DNA from: Gekko japonicus
Taxonomy: Eukaryota
DNA: 64,000 nucleotides
Assembly: GCF_001447785.1 (NCBI RefSeq)
Contig: NW_015163156.1
Coordinates: 200,725-264,724, forward strand
Reading direction: 5' to 3'
Under the pieces are notes generated by a model. It did no database searches, was not told the origin of the DNA, and saw only the letters and a list, made by a program, of their open reading frames with translations. Shown here one piece after another: positions 63,006-64,000 of the stretch (its first letter is position 1; the number at the start of each line of letters is the position of its first letter). A program made the position numbers and the translations under genes.

Positions 63006-64000
63006 TATAGATTAGAAGTGCATCTTTAGGATAGCAATTTATATATGTTAATGTATTGTGCACAGAACTATTTACTTCTGTCTTGATTCAACTGCATATC
63101 AATTCAATTGGTAATCCTAGTATTATGGTAAACTGAGAAAAAAGTTCTCTTTATGTGGTCTTGACACCATAACTTTATGAACCTTGCTCTTCTAGATATA
63201 ATGATACCACTTAAGTCTGTACTCTGTGTGCTAACAGTATGAGCTTCAGCTCCTTGTAACATCTGCAATGCAGAGCAAGTCCAAAAGCTCCCAGACATCT
63301 TTTCTGGTTTGAATGTTGCATCTCTTCCTCCCCCTGTCCTTTCCATTCCTTTGGCAACTGACCGGCTGCCGTTGCAGTGATGGAAGTGGCAGGTGAAAGA
63401 AAGAGTGCTCCTTTCTCCTGCTTCATTGTTTTGTCTCTTTCATCAGCTGGATATCATTGGAACAATTCCCAGTATGCACAGGGCACCTTATACAATGATG
63501 TAATAGATGGAGCGTGGCCGGGAAGGGAAGAAGTGAGCAGTAGGTAAATTGTGTAGGTGTTAATGTCTGGGTACTTTGGGGACCTCATGGTACTTCTGAT
63601 GATGTCATTGGGAGCTTCATGGGGTCCAACCTGAGCATTCATAATTGGGATAACCTAAACTATGGGCTGAGTTTTCAGTTCACATCTTGGATTATGTGAA
63701 TCTAATTGCAAAGGAAGGATTGGGACTTAGATACTGGGTGAGTTAAAATCTAAATGAAAAGCATACCAAACACATTAAAACAGGCATTAATTTAGTTGAC
63801 TGGGGTTTTTAAAGCAAGAATTTTTGAGGTAATATATGCAAAACACTTTGAACACTCAAAAAAAGTGCAATATAAAGGCTAACAGTGATAAGAATACTTT
63901 CCTGGGACTAGGATCCATTGAGCAGACTTCAGTAGGAATACAGGAACATATGGAGCTGCCTTCTACTGAATCAGACTATTGGTCCATCATCGTCAGTATT

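Overview
Vertebrate non-coding-dominated DNA, almost certainly a squamate and most likely a gecko, judged from recognised repeat families (Sauria SINE, Squam3-type SINEs, 5S-Sauria SINEs, BovB, CR1, L2, many hAT MITEs). Nearly all listed ORFs are spurious or repeat-derived. Host-gene content appears limited to one strong + strand coding exon (3780-3948) and a plausible in-frame terminal exon (17631-17678, AATAAA at 17737); I could not name the gene. The rest is a transposon mosaic interleaved with repeat-free, AT/TAAT-rich stretches that look like conserved non-coding elements. Six N blocks of 132-188 nt sit inside those unique stretches and may be hard-masked ultraconserved sequence rather than assembly gaps. 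I found no demonstrably new biological system. The best leads are the masked blocks and putative regulatory landscape, the unidentified gene end, minimal hammerhead ribozyme motifs in Penelope-type repeats, a hAT MITE family carrying arrays of POU/octamer-like and KLF motifs, and several long inverted repeats. Repeat family names are from recall, not database searches; TIRs and TSDs were read directly from the sequence.
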